From Octopus sinensis (Eukaryota): a DNA stretch of 64,000 nucleotides. This document shows positions 1-13,650 of the stretch, in pieces. Position 1 is the first letter of the stretch. The number at the start of each line of letters is the position of its first letter. The stretch lies in NCBI RefSeq assembly GCF_006345805.1, contig NW_021832854.1, positions 31,922 through 95,921 on the forward strand, given 5' to 3'. Position numbers and translations under genes: made by a program. The notes under the pieces are model-generated. The model was not told where the DNA came from and did no database searches. It worked only from the letters and a program-made list of their open reading frames with translations.

Positions 1-2090
1 CCAAACAAGAAGAAGACTCGTCAATACGCGGTGGAGTTTTTGAAGTTTGGATTCATTCCTGATGAGCATGATGAGCGTAAACCGTTTTGCTTATTATGTA
101 ATCAGACGATGAGCAATGAGTCAATGAAGGCAGGTAGGCTGGAAGCGCACTTAAAGGTAAGACATTCTAATAATTCTAATTTAGATTTGGAATACTTCAA
201 ATCATTGAAAGAAAAATTTAAAAACCGAACAAAACTCACTTCACTATTTCATGCAAAACAAGCGCCTCATACTCGTGCCCTTGAAGCCAGCTACGAAATC
301 TCCTTGCTTATAGCAAAACATGGAAAGAATCACACTATTGGAGAGCAACTGATTAAACCTGCTATCTCAATATTCTTAAAAACTGTATTACAAAAAGATG
401 ATGGAGATATCAGGACTATGCCACTCAGTAATAACACTGTCTCGAACAGAATAGATGAAATGGGGCAAGATGTTGAAAGCCAGCTCATTGAGAAATTAAA
501 ATTGCGTAAGTTTTCATTACAAATGGACGAATCCACAATCCGGGACAGTGAGGCTCTGTTATTGACTTATGTGAGGTATATTGACCACGAGGAGTTTCAG
601 GAAGAGATGCTGTTCTGCGAATCGTTTGAAACCACCACAACTGCAAATGATATTTACATCAAAATCAAACATTATTTGGATGCAAACAAAATACCAAAGG
701 AAAACTTACTGGCATGTGCGGCAGACGGTGCACCTGCCATGATGGGCAAGAATACGGGATGCTTAAAAATGATGAAGGATGAAAATCCAAACATGTTGAC
801 TGTCCATTGTGTAATACACCGAGAAAACTTGGTTGCCAAGAAATTGTCCCCTGTTCTTAACAAGATTCTTCAAAGTGTGATCAAGTGTGTCAAAAAGAAA
901 TTCTAAATTTAAAAGAAATTCTAAATCTGAACGTCTTTTTAAGCAGTTTTGTATAAATCAAAGTGCCGAACATGTTCGATTATTGCTTCATACAGAAGTA
1001 AGATGGCTATCAAGTGGAAACTGCTTAAAGAGGTTCATGGAATTATTTGATCAGATTAACGACTTTCTTAGTGATAAATGTGAAATGAAATTGCTGTCAA
1101 CAACGGATGGAAAAGCATTTGTCAGTTATTTGACAGACATATTTGAGAAACTTGGAAACTTGAATAAACAACTTCAAGGTGCAAACATGACACTTATTGA
1201 TGCAAAAGCAAAGATTTTTGGATTTATTACAGCTCTCGAATTATGGAAAAAGAAATTTTCCAAAAGAAATTTCAGTGAACTTTACTGGTTGAGTAAATGT
1301 GAAATAACGAATGATGCTGGCATTGTAATTATTGATCATTTAAATATCTTGATAAAGGATTTCAATGACAGATTTTGCGATTTAAAGGCAATGAATTTTC
1401 CTTCTTGGTTAACTCAACCGCTTCTGATTAACGTTTCTGATGCTACAATCCAATACCAAGAAGAGTTATCAGAATTACAACATGATGAATCAGTGAAGAC
1501 TTTGTTTAAATTGAAAGGTACAAAGATGTGGCTATATGACGAGGTTGAAAGAAAATATCCTAAAATTTCTACATCAGCGAGAGAGCTACTGATTCCTTTC
1601 CCTTCGTCTTATTTGGTCGAATGTGGTTTTAGTGCAGTTGATAATTTGCTCGAAGCCAAGAGAAACTGGCTTGAGATTACAAAACGTGGCGATTTACGAC
1701 TGAAATTAACAAAGTTGTCTCCTCAAATTAAAAACTTGTGCTGTATGCATCAGGCACAGGGTTCTCACTAAATTAGTCAAGCTGACCGTCAAATAATTGA
1801 ACTGAAAAAACGTGTTTCTTTATTCTTTATAAATTGACATTTTTTAAAAACATGAGAAATCGTAATAATTTTATCGATTTATTGGGTGTTATGCACTTTC
1901 AGTGCCTGTTGTTTCAATTCTCAAACTATTTTTTTGTATTTTAAATACAATTTTTTAATTTTTGATTTTTTTTCAATTGTAAGTAGGCCCACATGTACTT
2001 GTAAATGTGAGTGGACATGGGAAAAGGTGGGGCGTAAAAACTTTTGCTATGAAAAAGTGGGGCGCCGGGAAAAAAGGTTGGGAAACACTG
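1..2090 (+). mobile_element. hAT DNA transposon, Buster/Charlie (ZBED5/SCAND3/FAM200-like) group; left end lies outside the window
   Basis: Right TIR ggttgggaaacactg at 2076-2090 (reverse complement CAGTGTTTCCCAACC), followed by 8 bp ctttagat, which fits the NNNTANNN Buster target. Subterminal aaaa(g/a)gtggggcg motif occurs twice (about 2023-2064). Transposase lies inside. Confidence 0.92.
31..1771 (+). pseudogene. Buster-type hAT transposase broken by one +1 frameshift near 893-910
   Basis: ORF 31-906 has a BED finger (CLLC...HLKVRH), MDEST, DGAPAM and CVIH. ORF 887-1771 continues with TEVRWLS and SYLVECGFS. The frame is also open from base 1, so the start is probably upstream. Confidence 0.9.
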
Positions 2091-3214
2091 CTTTAGATGA
2101 TGGAGATTATGAATATGCAAGAAACCACATTTTCAAAATTTTAAATTTAATAAGCATATAGATATGTGTATAAAGAGATAGACAGATATGAATGTCTTCC
2201 TTGGGCTAAAAACAACAGTAACCCTGTCTTTTATAGGACTGCCACATTTAGTTGACAAATATATATTTTATGAATAAACGGATAGGGATTAATGGATAAA
2301 TTTACAAATAAATAAATGGCTGAAAAAGTTCAAAATTTAGAATTGGGGGAAATTTAAAAAAATGTTTTTTGCATATTCATAATCTCCGACATCTAAAACA
2401 TAGGAATCCGGAAAAAATATTTCCAGAAAAAATGCATGTTTCAAGGAAAGGTGTGATTCTGCATTAGCCCCCATTCTCTATAGCAGTGTGTGTGTGTACA
2501 TTAGTTTGTTTATATTTCGATACGTAACCATGCAAAGCCCAAAATTACACAGGGTTACATTAATGGAATGCACACAGAGACTTTTTTTCCAGCAACATCT
2601 ACATATTCTCTATCTCTGTCTGTTTGTTTCTCTCTCTCTCTCTTTACTGCCTGAAACAGACAAAGATCTTGAAGACAAGCTTCACCGCCTTAGCAAAATT
2701 CTTCATTCATAAATATTTACAAATATCACGGTATCAGCAAGTATTTGTAAATATCTATAATTACCTTCCTTTTATATTTAGCTTTCATTAAACAGTCAAT
2801 ATTATCAAGCTTTCTTTCAGTAGACAATATTTTAATCCTATGACTTAAAAATTACTACTTATTTATTTATCTTATATTCAAATGAAATTGTTGTTGTGAG
2901 TGTGTGTATGTATAGATAGATAGAGAGAGAGAGAAAGAGAGAGGCAGCGTTCATCAATGAAGCAGAAAGGTTTTTGTTGAGAGAGAGAGAGAGAATTTCT
3001 TTATTCACCATAAGGTTGAGAAAAAGAGGGGACAAAACAAACGTTGGGGTCAGGGTATCGAATGAGACGAAACAAATGAATAAACAAACAATTAAAATAT
3101 ATACAATTAAATGAGAATGAGTGAATAACAGAAAATGAAGCGGAGGACGCGGTTGACCCCACAAACCACATACTCACACTGAAGACTTTGCTTTCTCCTT
3201 TTTTACATTCTCGA

Positions 3215-6200
3215 TTAAACAGGTTCTTTCACTCGCAACATACTTGCTATATACTTCCATCTTTTACGAAACACACTTTGCGACAGGCATTTCTTGTTTT
3301 CCATTTCATGTGGAAAATGAAAAAGTTGATTAGCTCGAGACTGGAGATTAACATGCCTGTTGCAATTCCTTTCACTCTCGTCTTCCATACTACTTCTTTC
3401 GCCATAGCAACTACCGAGAGGAAACAGGCTCGCTCCTCCCTATTCAGGGAGGTTGGCGGAACTATCTTAATTACATATTCGCTCGACAGTTGTACTCTTC
3501 TCGAATGTGACAGCAGGTGTTCGACATAAGCCCAGAGTTCAGTCACCTTGGGGCATTGCACAATCGCGTGCAGGACAGTTTCACTGTCCCTCTCACATCT
3601 TGCACAAACCGGCGAAGGTGCACACCCATGTCTAAAGAGCTTATCTCAAACCAGTAAAGCTCCTCTGTAACATTGCCAGGCCAGGGACTTTTGGTAATTA
3701 TCCAAAGGCCCTGGACCGAATGTTCTTTGGAACAGGCTGGCCAGTTGATTTTCGTCGAAGCCCAGGGTTTTTCCCAGGATGTCATCACACTTAAACTCTA
3801 CTAACCCTCTATAGAAGAACGAGGTAGTACCCCCGTCAAAGGCGTTGCTCGGCTGGGAGAGAAGCACGAGTGCCTGATGGCACTCTACATGCCACATGCC
3901 CAACCTCGGTCTACACTTGATCCATGGGTTCAGTTTGGCAAATGATGTGAACTGTGGAAATAACAGCTTGACGAACGGAGACCACACCTGAGCACATGTC
4001 TGCGCATTTTTAGCCACAGCATCCCTAACCCACCCTTCAGTGGCTTTTGGCAGCAAATAGATCGCCTTACAAGAGGTCTGCTGCCCCTCCACAAAAAGCG
4101 AAAAAACATGCGTTCCAGTTTGTTCAGCCACGAATTGGGGCAAGGCATGACGGTCAGGCGGTAAGTGATTACAGAGGCGATAAACACCTCTGCAACCACT
4201 GCCCTCCCTTTCAAGGACAGCTTCCGCTCAGACCAGGCCTGAGATAGGAGAGCCACCTTTCTCGCCACCTCGCTCCAATTCTTCTCTATCTAGAGATCTG
4301 GACCTAACCAGATTCCAAGCATTTTCAGCAGCCCTTCCGTCCAACGTCCTACGACGCTGTCGGAAGACATCGACTTGCCCCTCCAAGTGCCGAGTTGCAA
4401 GCCGACTGATTTATCCCGGTTGACTTTCGCTCCTGCCACCGCTTCGTAGTCCCTTGAGGCCTCACCCACCCACTGTAGGTGCTCGACTCAGGATACGATG
4501 ATGGTGATGTCGTCCGCATACGCCGTCCGCACCCTAGATCTTGCGGAGTGGCCCTCATAGTTTCCAACCTCCTCAGCAACAGCTCGAGGGCCAAAACGTA
4601 GAGAAGCAGGGAGGGAGGACACCCTTGAAGTACCGAACGTTCAATGCAGAACAGCTCCAAAAAGAAACCATTCACCGAAACTATCGATTCGATGTGGCTG
4701 TATAAAGCGTTGATCCATCCATGGATGGTCGGGCCGAAGCCAGCTGCTGTGAGGACTGCCGCCAGATACTTATGGTCCACCCTATCGAACGCTTTCGATT
4801 GGTCCAAGTGGACCATAGCCCCACCCTTGCCAGGAATCCTATTTACCCTTTCTAAGGCATAGTGTAGAAAGTGGAGATTGTAGTGGATGGTCCTTCCAGG
4901 GATGGCGCAAGTTTGCGCCTCGCCAGCAAGTTTACCCACGACCCGCGCCAACCTTTTTGCTAAGACCTTGGCCAAAATCTTCAACTCTGCGTTAAGCAGA
5001 GTGATGGGCCGAAAATTATCAATTAAATCCCCCTTGTTTGGGTCCTTTCTTAACAGCACTACCACCCCTCAGCTCACAGACTTAGGAATTCTCCCGTTCT
5101 GCTGCCAGTTGGTGTACACGCATGCAAGTAAGTGCCCAAACAAGTCTGGTATGCTACTATAGAGTTTGTAAGGCAAACCATCGAGTCCCAGCAATTTGTC
5201 CCCGCCGCTGACTGCCAACACATCCTCGACTTCTTTGGCTGTGATCGGCGCCTCACAAGATTCCGCGTCCGGCCTCGATAGACGCGGCGAACTGGCTAGG
5301 AAGTCTGCAAGCTTCTCCTTGCGCTCCAGTCTGCTGCTCCTCCCGAATAGCTGGGCGAAATGATCGTGAAACACCTTGCACATCTCCTCGGGTTCGTTTA
5401 CTAATCGACCATTTGGGCCTGTCAAAGATCGAATGGTTGAGTTGTTGCCTTGCTGGCCCTCTACCACCCGGGCTTCGTTGATCCCTTCCTGTCTCATTGC
5501 ACGGATCTTAGCCCTGACAATGCACCCTTCATGTTTAGCTTTGAGATGTTGGTCGAGTGCCAACCTCGCCGCTAACACTTTCAATGCACTGCCTGACCTC
5601 ATTGCCTTATCTATTGCCTTAACTAGTTCCTTTTCTACTTTGTTTCTAGCACTAGCTAATTCTTTGCTAAACCTAATTGACTCGAATTTGATGGCTCTTT
5701 TCAGGGCGTACCACCATTTGTTGTTGATAATGGATCTGGTTAACGCCCTCATTACTAATTGTTTAATCTGATTCCTGTTGGCTTCACAGTCCAATAGTGA
5801 CTTGTTTAGCTTCCAGTAACCGGTACCTCGTCTACACATGCTATCTATGTTGAGTGTACAGGTCACTAATTTGTGATCGCTGTAGCTGACGATATGGTGT
5901 TGTGGACAGCTAAGTATTTTCTTATCTTTCCTTCTAGTTATGATTCTATGTATGTAAGATCTGGACGACCCGTCGTTTCTTGCCCAGGTCCACGCTGGAG
6001 TGTCTGGGTGGTCCAGTCTGAATTGATCTGCCAACTAGAAACGACTTAGCAGATTGTTGAGGTGAGGTAATCCCCTCCTATTCTTTCTTGAGCCAACATA
6101 ATCTACGCTTGCATCGCAAATTATGTTGAAGTCACCTAGCAATACTAACGTGTTTGACGTGTCAAGAAAATTCTCTAGGCTTTTGAAGTAATCTTTCTGC

Positions 6201-6570
6201 CCAGCTTTTCCTTCGCAGGGAGCATAGACAGCGACCAGCCTGAACACTTTACCACTGCTGTGCATCACATCCAAAACGACCAACCTGCCTTCCAGATCTA
6301 TAAAGACAGTTCTAATCTCTAAATCCAGATTTTTTCTGACCAGTACTGCCACTCCTCCACCCCCTCCAGGTTGACAGGGAGAAATGTATTTCTTGTAGCC
6401 GTTTAGAAGGGGCGAAAAAGCCTGCAGCCCAATCAGTCTGGATTCGGTGATTACAACTACATCCAAACAATGCGACCTAAGGTCGTTAAGGAGGTAGCCT
6501 TGCTTCCAATATGACCCCAGGCCGCGAATATTTATACAACCGAGTTTAAACGAGAATGTGAAAAATTAGT
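3215..6570 (-). pseudogene. Tx1 ORF2 (APE endonuclease, reverse transcriptase, C-terminal Cys-rich region) with several frameshifts and stops
   Basis: GCINIRGLG start; LLGDFN; SYSDHK; WKLNKSLL; NFRPITLLNAELKILAK; LDQSKAFDRV; YADD at 4509-4520; C-terminal AMAKEVVWKTR. Boundaries approximate. Confidence 0.9.
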
Positions 6571-6653
6571 CGAATGTTTAAAACTTACTGTTTTAACGGA
6601 AGAGAGGGTGTAGTTTCACCCTCCTCTTTTCTGTCTGTGAATGTTGTGTTTTG

Positions 6654-8085
6654 CTAGGTAATTTTTTTCGTGATTTGCCTGTACAGATGGCTCGAAAAGT
6701 TCATCTGTAATGGGCCAACGTCCTCCGCAAAAGATTTTTTTAGTTCAAAATAGTCAGAGTTATCTATAGTATAAAATTCGACATTTTCAGAAATAGTATT
6801 ATTTACTTCTGTTGCGATATATTTTTTCGCCGATTTCATTAAAATAATTTTGTCTCTTAATAGTTTATTATTTTTGTTTATCGCCATGAAGGTGTTTCTC
6901 TTTTTTATGTTAGGCGATTGTGGAGGGGTGTGTGTGTGCTTGTAGAAGCGTGGGTGTTTGTAGGTGTGTATGTGCTTTTTCCAGTGTGTGTGTTTTTTTG
7001 GCTACGTGTGTGTTTGCGACTGTATTTGTGGGTGTGGGTGTGCTTGTCTGTCTCGGAGCATAGTCCTGTGTATCCGAAGAGGGTGGGTTTTTCCGTTTCC
7101 GTCTTCTTTTTGAGGGTTCTATGGTGACTCACTCCTGGATGTTGTTGTTGTTTTCTCCCGCTGTCGGCTGAGCTTCGGCAATTGGGGTGCGTGACGTGGC
7201 TGCTATTTCTAGCGGTTTGGTTGTTGTCTTCGGCGTCATGCTTGCCTCTTCTGCAGTATTTTCTTTGGCTGTCTTCTTCTTACAGCTCGACCTTATGTGG
7301 CCTTTCTCGCCACATTTGTAACACCTGGGCTTTCTCCCCTCGACTACCACCATCATGCTGGTATTTTCTCCAGTTGTGAGGGAACTGGGCAAGTCTGAGG
7401 GGTTTGCTTGGATCACAAGCTCTAAATCTTGTCCAAACCAGTTCATGTGGCAGTATCTCTTAGACTGAAGAATTGGAATTTCTTCTTCTTTGCCTAAGAG
7501 AATAGCGGCTATGACAAAGGCCACATCTATTTCGGGTGGAATATCTGTGACTTTTATTTTCGAAGTTCTCTTTCCTAGATAAGTCGGGAGGAGAACTACA
7601 TCTTCCAACTTCAATGTCCTTGTTGAATGTTCCCTAGCTTTTTCTTCGCTAGGGAAACGCACCTCTACAGTGCCGAAGCAACTACCCCTCGTTATATAAC
7701 TTGTTTGTTGCCATATCAGTCTCAAACATTTTTCGATTGCTTCCCTCAGTACAAAATCGATTTTTTTTATTTTTGACATTATATGTCTTGTATATGACAG
7801 TTTTTCTCTCCGTCACGTAAATTAATTCACTGGGAGGGAGCAACTTCACATTATCACCTTTCTTAGTAAACCTTGGTATTTCTTTTATTCTTCTTTGTTT
7901 ATAACGATGTTTTTACAGGGGCGAGTTGCTGCACTCGCAAAATTTATTCTTGCCTTTTCCTGTTGTGTAGTAGCCTCGCTAGACATCTTGTTGTCTGCTT
8001 TTGTAATGTTTGCATGAGACGCCTCTTTACTTTCACCTTCCTCAACGTTTTCCTCCGACTCGGAAGAAATTGGTGCCAAATTCAT
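6654..8085 (-). pseudogene. Tx1 ORF1 (gag-like: RRM-like region plus zinc knuckle), disrupted
   Basis: ATG at 8083-8085 (MNLAPISSES...). ORF 7129-7779 contains KPRCYKCGEKGHIRSSC (CX2CX4HX4C). The lower boundary is approximate. Confidence 0.75.
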
Positions 8086-8596
8086 GTTTTTCGCTGCTTC
8101 CCCCTTGAAAGAAGGGGAAAAGAACAGCAAAACTCTGCTGCAACAGCAGAAAAGAAGTGGTCTCGATGACCAAAACAACAAATGTTCACAATTTTCAGCA
8201 CAAAAACAATCTTTCGCTGCGGAGCAAAGAATAACACAACCGATAAGAGAGAAAGAGAGAGAGATGTTGAGAGAGAGAGAGCAAGAAGCGCTGTTTGATA
8301 CCACTCCCTCATTGTTATTACCATTTTGACTCATCTCTTTTTTAACTCTTACTGAACTCTGCTTCTCCCTAATTGCGTGATTTTAGACAAACTTACAAAC
8401 AAGCTCATTATCATTAATAGATAGGTATGTCAAATTTACCATTTGTTGTCTTTTGGAAGCAGTATCATCGATAATGGCTGAAATTGGTTTTGACCCTCTG
8501 GCTGATAACTAATGAGGAGTTGGTGACCTTCTGTATTTTCTGTTCACCTGGGTATTTAGTATTTGCTCATTTGTTTATTTACTATACGTTGTTTTG

Positions 8597-8641
<45 letters not shown>

Positions 8642-8729
8642 TGTTTGCTGTCTTCTTTTTATTGAATCTGGAAATATTAATGTAGCACATGAACTCCTTA
8701 ATTTTTTACCTATATCTCTTTTTTTTTTC

Positions 8730-8920
8730 TTTTTACTTGTTTCAGTCATTTGACTGCGGCCATGCTGGAGCACCGCCTTTAGTCGAGCACATCGACCCCA
8801 GGACTTATTCTTTGTAAGCCCAGTACTTATTCTATCGGTCTCTTTTGCCGAAACGCTAAGTGACGGGGACGTAAACACACCAGCATCGGTTGTCAAGCAA
8901 TGCTAGGGGGACAGACACAG

Positions 8921-8972
<52 letters not shown>

Positions 8973-8973
8973 T

Positions 8974-9012
<39 letters not shown>

Positions 9013-9172
9013 GACAGGCTTCTTTCAGTTTCCGTCTACCAAATCCACTCACAAGGCATTGGTCGGCCCGGGGCTATAGCAGAAGACACTTGCCCAAGAT
9101 GCCACGCAGTGGGACTGAACCCGGAACCATGTGGTTGGTTAGCAAGCTACTTACCACACAGCCACTCCTGCA

Positions 9173-9175
<3 letters not shown>
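8730..9175 (-). mobile_element. tRNA-derived CORE-type SINE (octopus OR2-like), tail type a, low divergence
   Basis: Minus strand: A box tggctgtgtgg, B-box-like ggttcagtccc, CORE-like cttgggcaagtgtctt, internal (TA)n/(TG)n, tail ggcggtgctccagcatggccgcagtcaaatgactgaaac. The family name is from recollection. Confidence 0.85.
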
Positions 9176-9226
<51 letters not shown>

Positions 9227-9530
9227 CATACACTAACAAACAGGCAGTAACACACACACACAACCTATACAGTGTATATAGTAATTAATATATATATAGT
9301 GTGTGGATATGTGTGTACATTTACTCATAGTGACACACAGATTCATTTACTAATGTCAAATATATACATTTAAATTCATTATATATGCTTACTATTCTAC
9401 ATGTTGAAATATTCTTTCTTTACTTTATAACCTGAAATGTATTCACACACACACACACACACACACACGTATACATATATATATATGCTTACATATACAG
9501 GATATACATTTTTTTTATTCATAATTTCAG

Positions 9531-9604
9531 AAAAGACAGTTACCCAATTACAGCTTGACAAGCTGGACAACGTCCAAAGACATTTGTCATCAACAAGTGC
9601 AGTG
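9531..9604 (+). CDS. HS2ST1: HS2ST1-like internal coding exon (74 bp, stem region; phase 1 in, phase 0 out)
   Basis: Pyrimidine-rich acceptor ...ataatttcAG and donor GTAAGT at 9605. Reads (E)KTVTQLQLDKLDNVQRHLSSTSAV and joins in frame to exon 44160. QRH aligns with the vertebrate ERAIARHEVREIEQRH stem as I recall it. Confidence 0.72.
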
Positions 9605-9957
9605 GTAAGTAGTGACTTGATAGTTTAAATCAATATAAAATTTGTTCACAAACACGCACATATCCATAAAATATGTATCCACATATAAACACAGAATTGT
9701 TGTATTTATTTAATAAAATATCATGTAAATAAACTAAATGTTATTGCAAACTATTTGTTTTAATATAATCTCAGTTAAAATTTGGAAACTGTCTTAATTG
9801 AAAAATAAATAAAAAGGAAAATTTTCCTGAATTTTATAAATAGTAAATATTTTACTGTGCAGAAGAAAAAGCTGAAAATATAACAGGTCTTATTCACCTG
9901 TCACTGTCTTCATGTACCAGTGAATAAAATAAATACTGGGTTTAATAAACTGGTGAG

Positions 9958-10320
9958 TCTGCATGATAAGAAGCTTGCTTCCTAACCATATAGTCTTGTG
10001 TTCAGTTCCATAGTGTGGAACCTTAGACAAAAGCCTTTCACTATAGACTTGGTCTGACCACAGTCTTTTGAGTGGATTTGGTAGACAGAAATTGAAAGAA
10101 GCCCATCATGTATATATGTATACATGTACATGTATATGTTTGTTCCCCACCACCACCACTTGCCAGTGGTGATGGTAGTGGACAAACACAAAAAAAGAGA
10201 CTGACAGAATAAATATCAGGCTAAAAAAAATAAATACTGGAATCAGTTTCTTTAACTAAAATCTTTCAAAGTGGTGCCCCAGCATAGCCACAGTTCAAAG
10301 ACCGAAATAGATAAAAGATA
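9958..10320 (+). mobile_element. Degenerate CORE-SINE, tail type a
   Basis: gagtggatttggtagacagaaattgaaagaagccc body and gtggtgccccagcatagccacag tail. Confidence 0.75.
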
Positions 10321-10649
10321 AACTAGAAAACATTGTCTCAGTATGGTTACATTTCAATGACTGAAACTAGTAAAAGAATAACAGTCAGTATCTAACCATC
10401 AAGGAACCTTTAGCACAATTGCTTAACCTACTAGAACTAACAGCCAAATTTAATGTGAACCAACTCTTATTGTTGTCAGAAGTAGACACATTGGATGATT
10501 TAGTCTTGGATTCTATTGTACAATGGAATGTACAGTATGCTTAATGGGAAGTTTTCAACTAGTAGTAATTCAAGGCAAAAATTCAAGACACTGCTTGAGC
10601 CAGTACATGATCTTTTTGCTATTGATTCTGTTCTGGGATGTAATTAATA

Positions 10650-11170
10650 TACTGTACACAGCTTTGCAGCTGCTGCAAAAGCTTTTGGTTTGACTATAAA
10701 CAGTAAGAAAAATGGAACTTTTGTATTAGCTCTTTTACATATCTCAGTTCTTTATACAGATAATATGAAGATAAATTAAGAGATTGAAGCTCAAATTAGA
10801 AACATCATTTTTGCATTTCAAAATCTACACTGGCGGTTAGGGAGCCCCTATGATTTCTTTTGAAAAATAAGATTGGTGCCTATAACACTGTCGTTCTTAA
10901 AACTCTTTTCTACATTGCTGAATCATGCACTCCATACATAAAGTACATCGAACATTTTGATTCTTTCCAGATATAGTGTTTCAAGAGGCAAACTTTTTCC
11001 CGTGTAACAGGATGACAGAGTAAAGAATAGTTCTGTAGTATCTAGGTCTTACATCATATATTTTGAGTCATTTCTCATTAGATCCTTGTAATATGACCAA
11101 CATATTAAAATAGGATGCAGCCCAAAATCATAAGCTACTCTTTTATGGTGAGATTTATAACATAACTTCC
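10650..11170 (+). mobile_element. Old RTE (BovB-like) LINE relic, C-terminal part of ORF2
   Basis: Manual translation across stops and frameshifts gives FAAAAKAFGLTINSKK, KIGAYNTVVLKTLFYIAESCTPY and a LFYG-like segment, matching RTE-BovB motifs. Confidence 0.65.
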
Positions 11171-13229
11171 CTTGTCCAACAAGTGGGAAATCCTAACTAC
11201 TCTAGAACATGTGCTTTTAAGCATAGAATAGTTGAACATCATATATGAACAATTTAAAAAGATTGCCATAAATTAGATTTTTTTATGAACTAATAATCTT
11301 TGTTTATATTGCAGTTTTGTTGCACTCAAGCAGATTTTAATTTTAAACATGTATCTGAGAGTTTCCATGTTGAAATGGGGATGTGATCCTTACTTGTGAT
11401 TACTATAGCAAAGTTTGTAAAAAGTCTCAGTAGTTTGAATGAACATATGCATAGTCAGCCTGTCAATTAAATCTGCAAAGATTAGTTTTAGAAGCCTCAT
11501 TCATCATGCATTCTATCAAGTGTGTACAGGTTATACCCGTGATCTTCATAGCCCCCTTGAAACTGGGAAAGTTAATATGATTTATATTTGATTTAAGCAG
11601 GGAAAATATAAGTAGGATGGGGATTTCAGGGACTTAGCATTCTGGAGATGAAGGATTGGACAGTGGTTAGTGCAGGGCTTAAACATTTAAACACTGTAGG
11701 AGTTGTGAGAGGAAGTGTCAGGTAGGCTTGAGGGGAGGTTATATGCTTATTCACTGGAGCAGAGGCCATTCCAGCTGCAGTAGACCAAGTTATAGATACA
11801 GAAGGAGGCCATCTAACTAAATAGTAAAGCTTTACCATCTAGTTAGATTGCTTTCTTTTAGTCAAGGATCTTTGTGTGAACCATCCCAGATACATTCATG
11901 TCTACTCACACACACACAGTGATATAATAAATTTGATTTCACACTCAGTCTAATACTATACAGGGAAAGATAATTAAAAAACAAATTAGTTAAACTAAAG
12001 TGTAAAACAGACCTATACAAAAGAAACTAAGTTTTAAATTTCTGTAAATATTTGCTTTCATTTCAAAATGTTTTAAAATAGAAACACTTAGCTCAGTCAT
12101 ATACTTGTATTGATTTGGTAAATGATGCTTTTATCATTGACAGAAACTAAAAATATTAAATACTGTTACTTCTTTTGTTATAATACTAATAAAGGGCATC
12201 TTTAGAAATCTTCATATTTTATGAAAGTATTTTCTTTTTGTCTTATGAAATATGTCTTATGTAAAAAGAGCTCTATGCTATAAGGAACTTACTTTTTTTT
12301 TTAATCAGTAAACTGTTTGACAAGATTAGTTGAATAAAGGCTAGTGCTTGCAGTAACTTGTAAAATATTAACTGGCAGGAAGTAGTTTCCTTTCACATTA
12401 TTCATGTGTTTGTTGATGTAACCATATATGCTTTTAATATACATTAATATATATGTCAGTATCAGAAATAAAATACTGAACAACAACTATGCTATTATTC
12501 AGTTATTGTAAAGTGGAGAAGAATTTAGTTTCCTACAAATCCATGTAAAGCAAGCTAAAACATGCAGTAATATATGTTTAGACCAAATTTAGTTTTGTTT
12601 GCTTTTGATGATAGAAAGGATTGCACAATATATTATTAAAAAAAATTATACTTAAAAGTCTTGAAATAGCATGATGTTGGAATGTCCAGAAGATTTCAGT
12701 ATTAAGAAGAAATATATAGTAGAGGTTATAAGAGATACATGAATGCCGATATTAAGTAATGTTAAGGTTTGGTATTTCTTAGTCATTTTTATTAGTAGTA
12801 AATCTATTACATATAAGATTTGAAATTGCATGTGGCACATTTGCTGCTGGGACAAATATATGTTTTTAAAATTCTATTTATTTATTTGTGAATAGTGATC
12901 ATTTTGAGGTTCAAAGTAGAATCAATTGTTTTTAGTTGTGAACAGAAAATAAAGTCTCATGTTTATTTATCTTTGTAATACAATCTCTGAAGGATTGTAT
13001 TTATAATTTTTGCTATAATTCAGTAAATTACAGGAGCATTATTGGCTGTTTTATAAAATTAGTTTGAAGATAAAAAAATTAATCAAATAAAGAAAAAGCA
13101 GTTGATTTAAAATAATATTCCCATCAATCAAGCTCTAATTTAATCTTCTTTGAAATCATTAAAATAACTACATACATCTCTCTTAATTAGTCACATATAA
13201 GAAATAAATTAAGACACAGATAACCATGG

Positions 13230-13650
13230 CAAGCATGTCCATGGCAAAACTCTTAATAACATCTGTACTAACAAAAAAGGCTAGAGTGAGTGTTCATTTG
13301 GCCAATAGGCATTTATGGCTGCAAAGCATGGACTCTGAACAAATTTGAAGAGAATGTGCTCAGTGCATTTAAAATGTGGTTGTATAGGAGAATGTTATGA
13401 GTTTCTTACAAGGATCATCAGACAGATGAATGGGTGTTACAACATGAAGGTGAAAGATGACAACTCCTAAACATTGGGGGAAAAAAAAAAAGCTCATCTT
13501 TTACGGCCATATTCGAAGAAGCAGAAGTTCGGAAAACCTTATGCATGTAAGGCAGTAGATCAAGAGGCAGACAAAGAAAGCAATGGATGGATAATATCAA
13601 GAGCTATTTGAACAAGAGTAGCAAGGCAGCTGGAGAACTTGCACTTGACT
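13230..13650 (+). mobile_element. RTE-clade LINE relic (post-RT region)
   Basis: IYGCKAWTLNKFEENVLSAFKMWLYRRML, KLIFYGHIRR and RGRQRKQWMDNIK. Confidence 0.75.

Larger units (their letters stand above)
2992..8264 (-). mobile_element. L1/Tx1-clade non-LTR retrotransposon, near full length (ORF1+ORF2), decayed
   Basis: 17-bp direct repeat tgttgagagagagagag at 2975-2991 and 8265-8281. AATAAA lies just before the 3' end (minus strand, about 3000-3005). ORF1 has a CCHC knuckle; ORF2 has APE and RT domains. Confidence 0.92.

Noticed and set aside
889-910. Programmed ribosomal frameshift in the hAT transposase
   Set aside because: The required shift is +1, the A-run (C AAA AAG) is not a full slippery heptamer, and a local duplication explains the break.
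3197-6565. About 20-nt inverted similarity between the start and end of Tx1 ORF2 (3197-3218 versus 6545-6565)
   Set aside because: It is short, T-rich and has an indel and a mismatch, so it is compatible with chance.
11600-11840. GC-richer stretch with a 70-aa minus-strand ORF
   Set aside because: No recognisable motif in any frame and no convincing splice sites.
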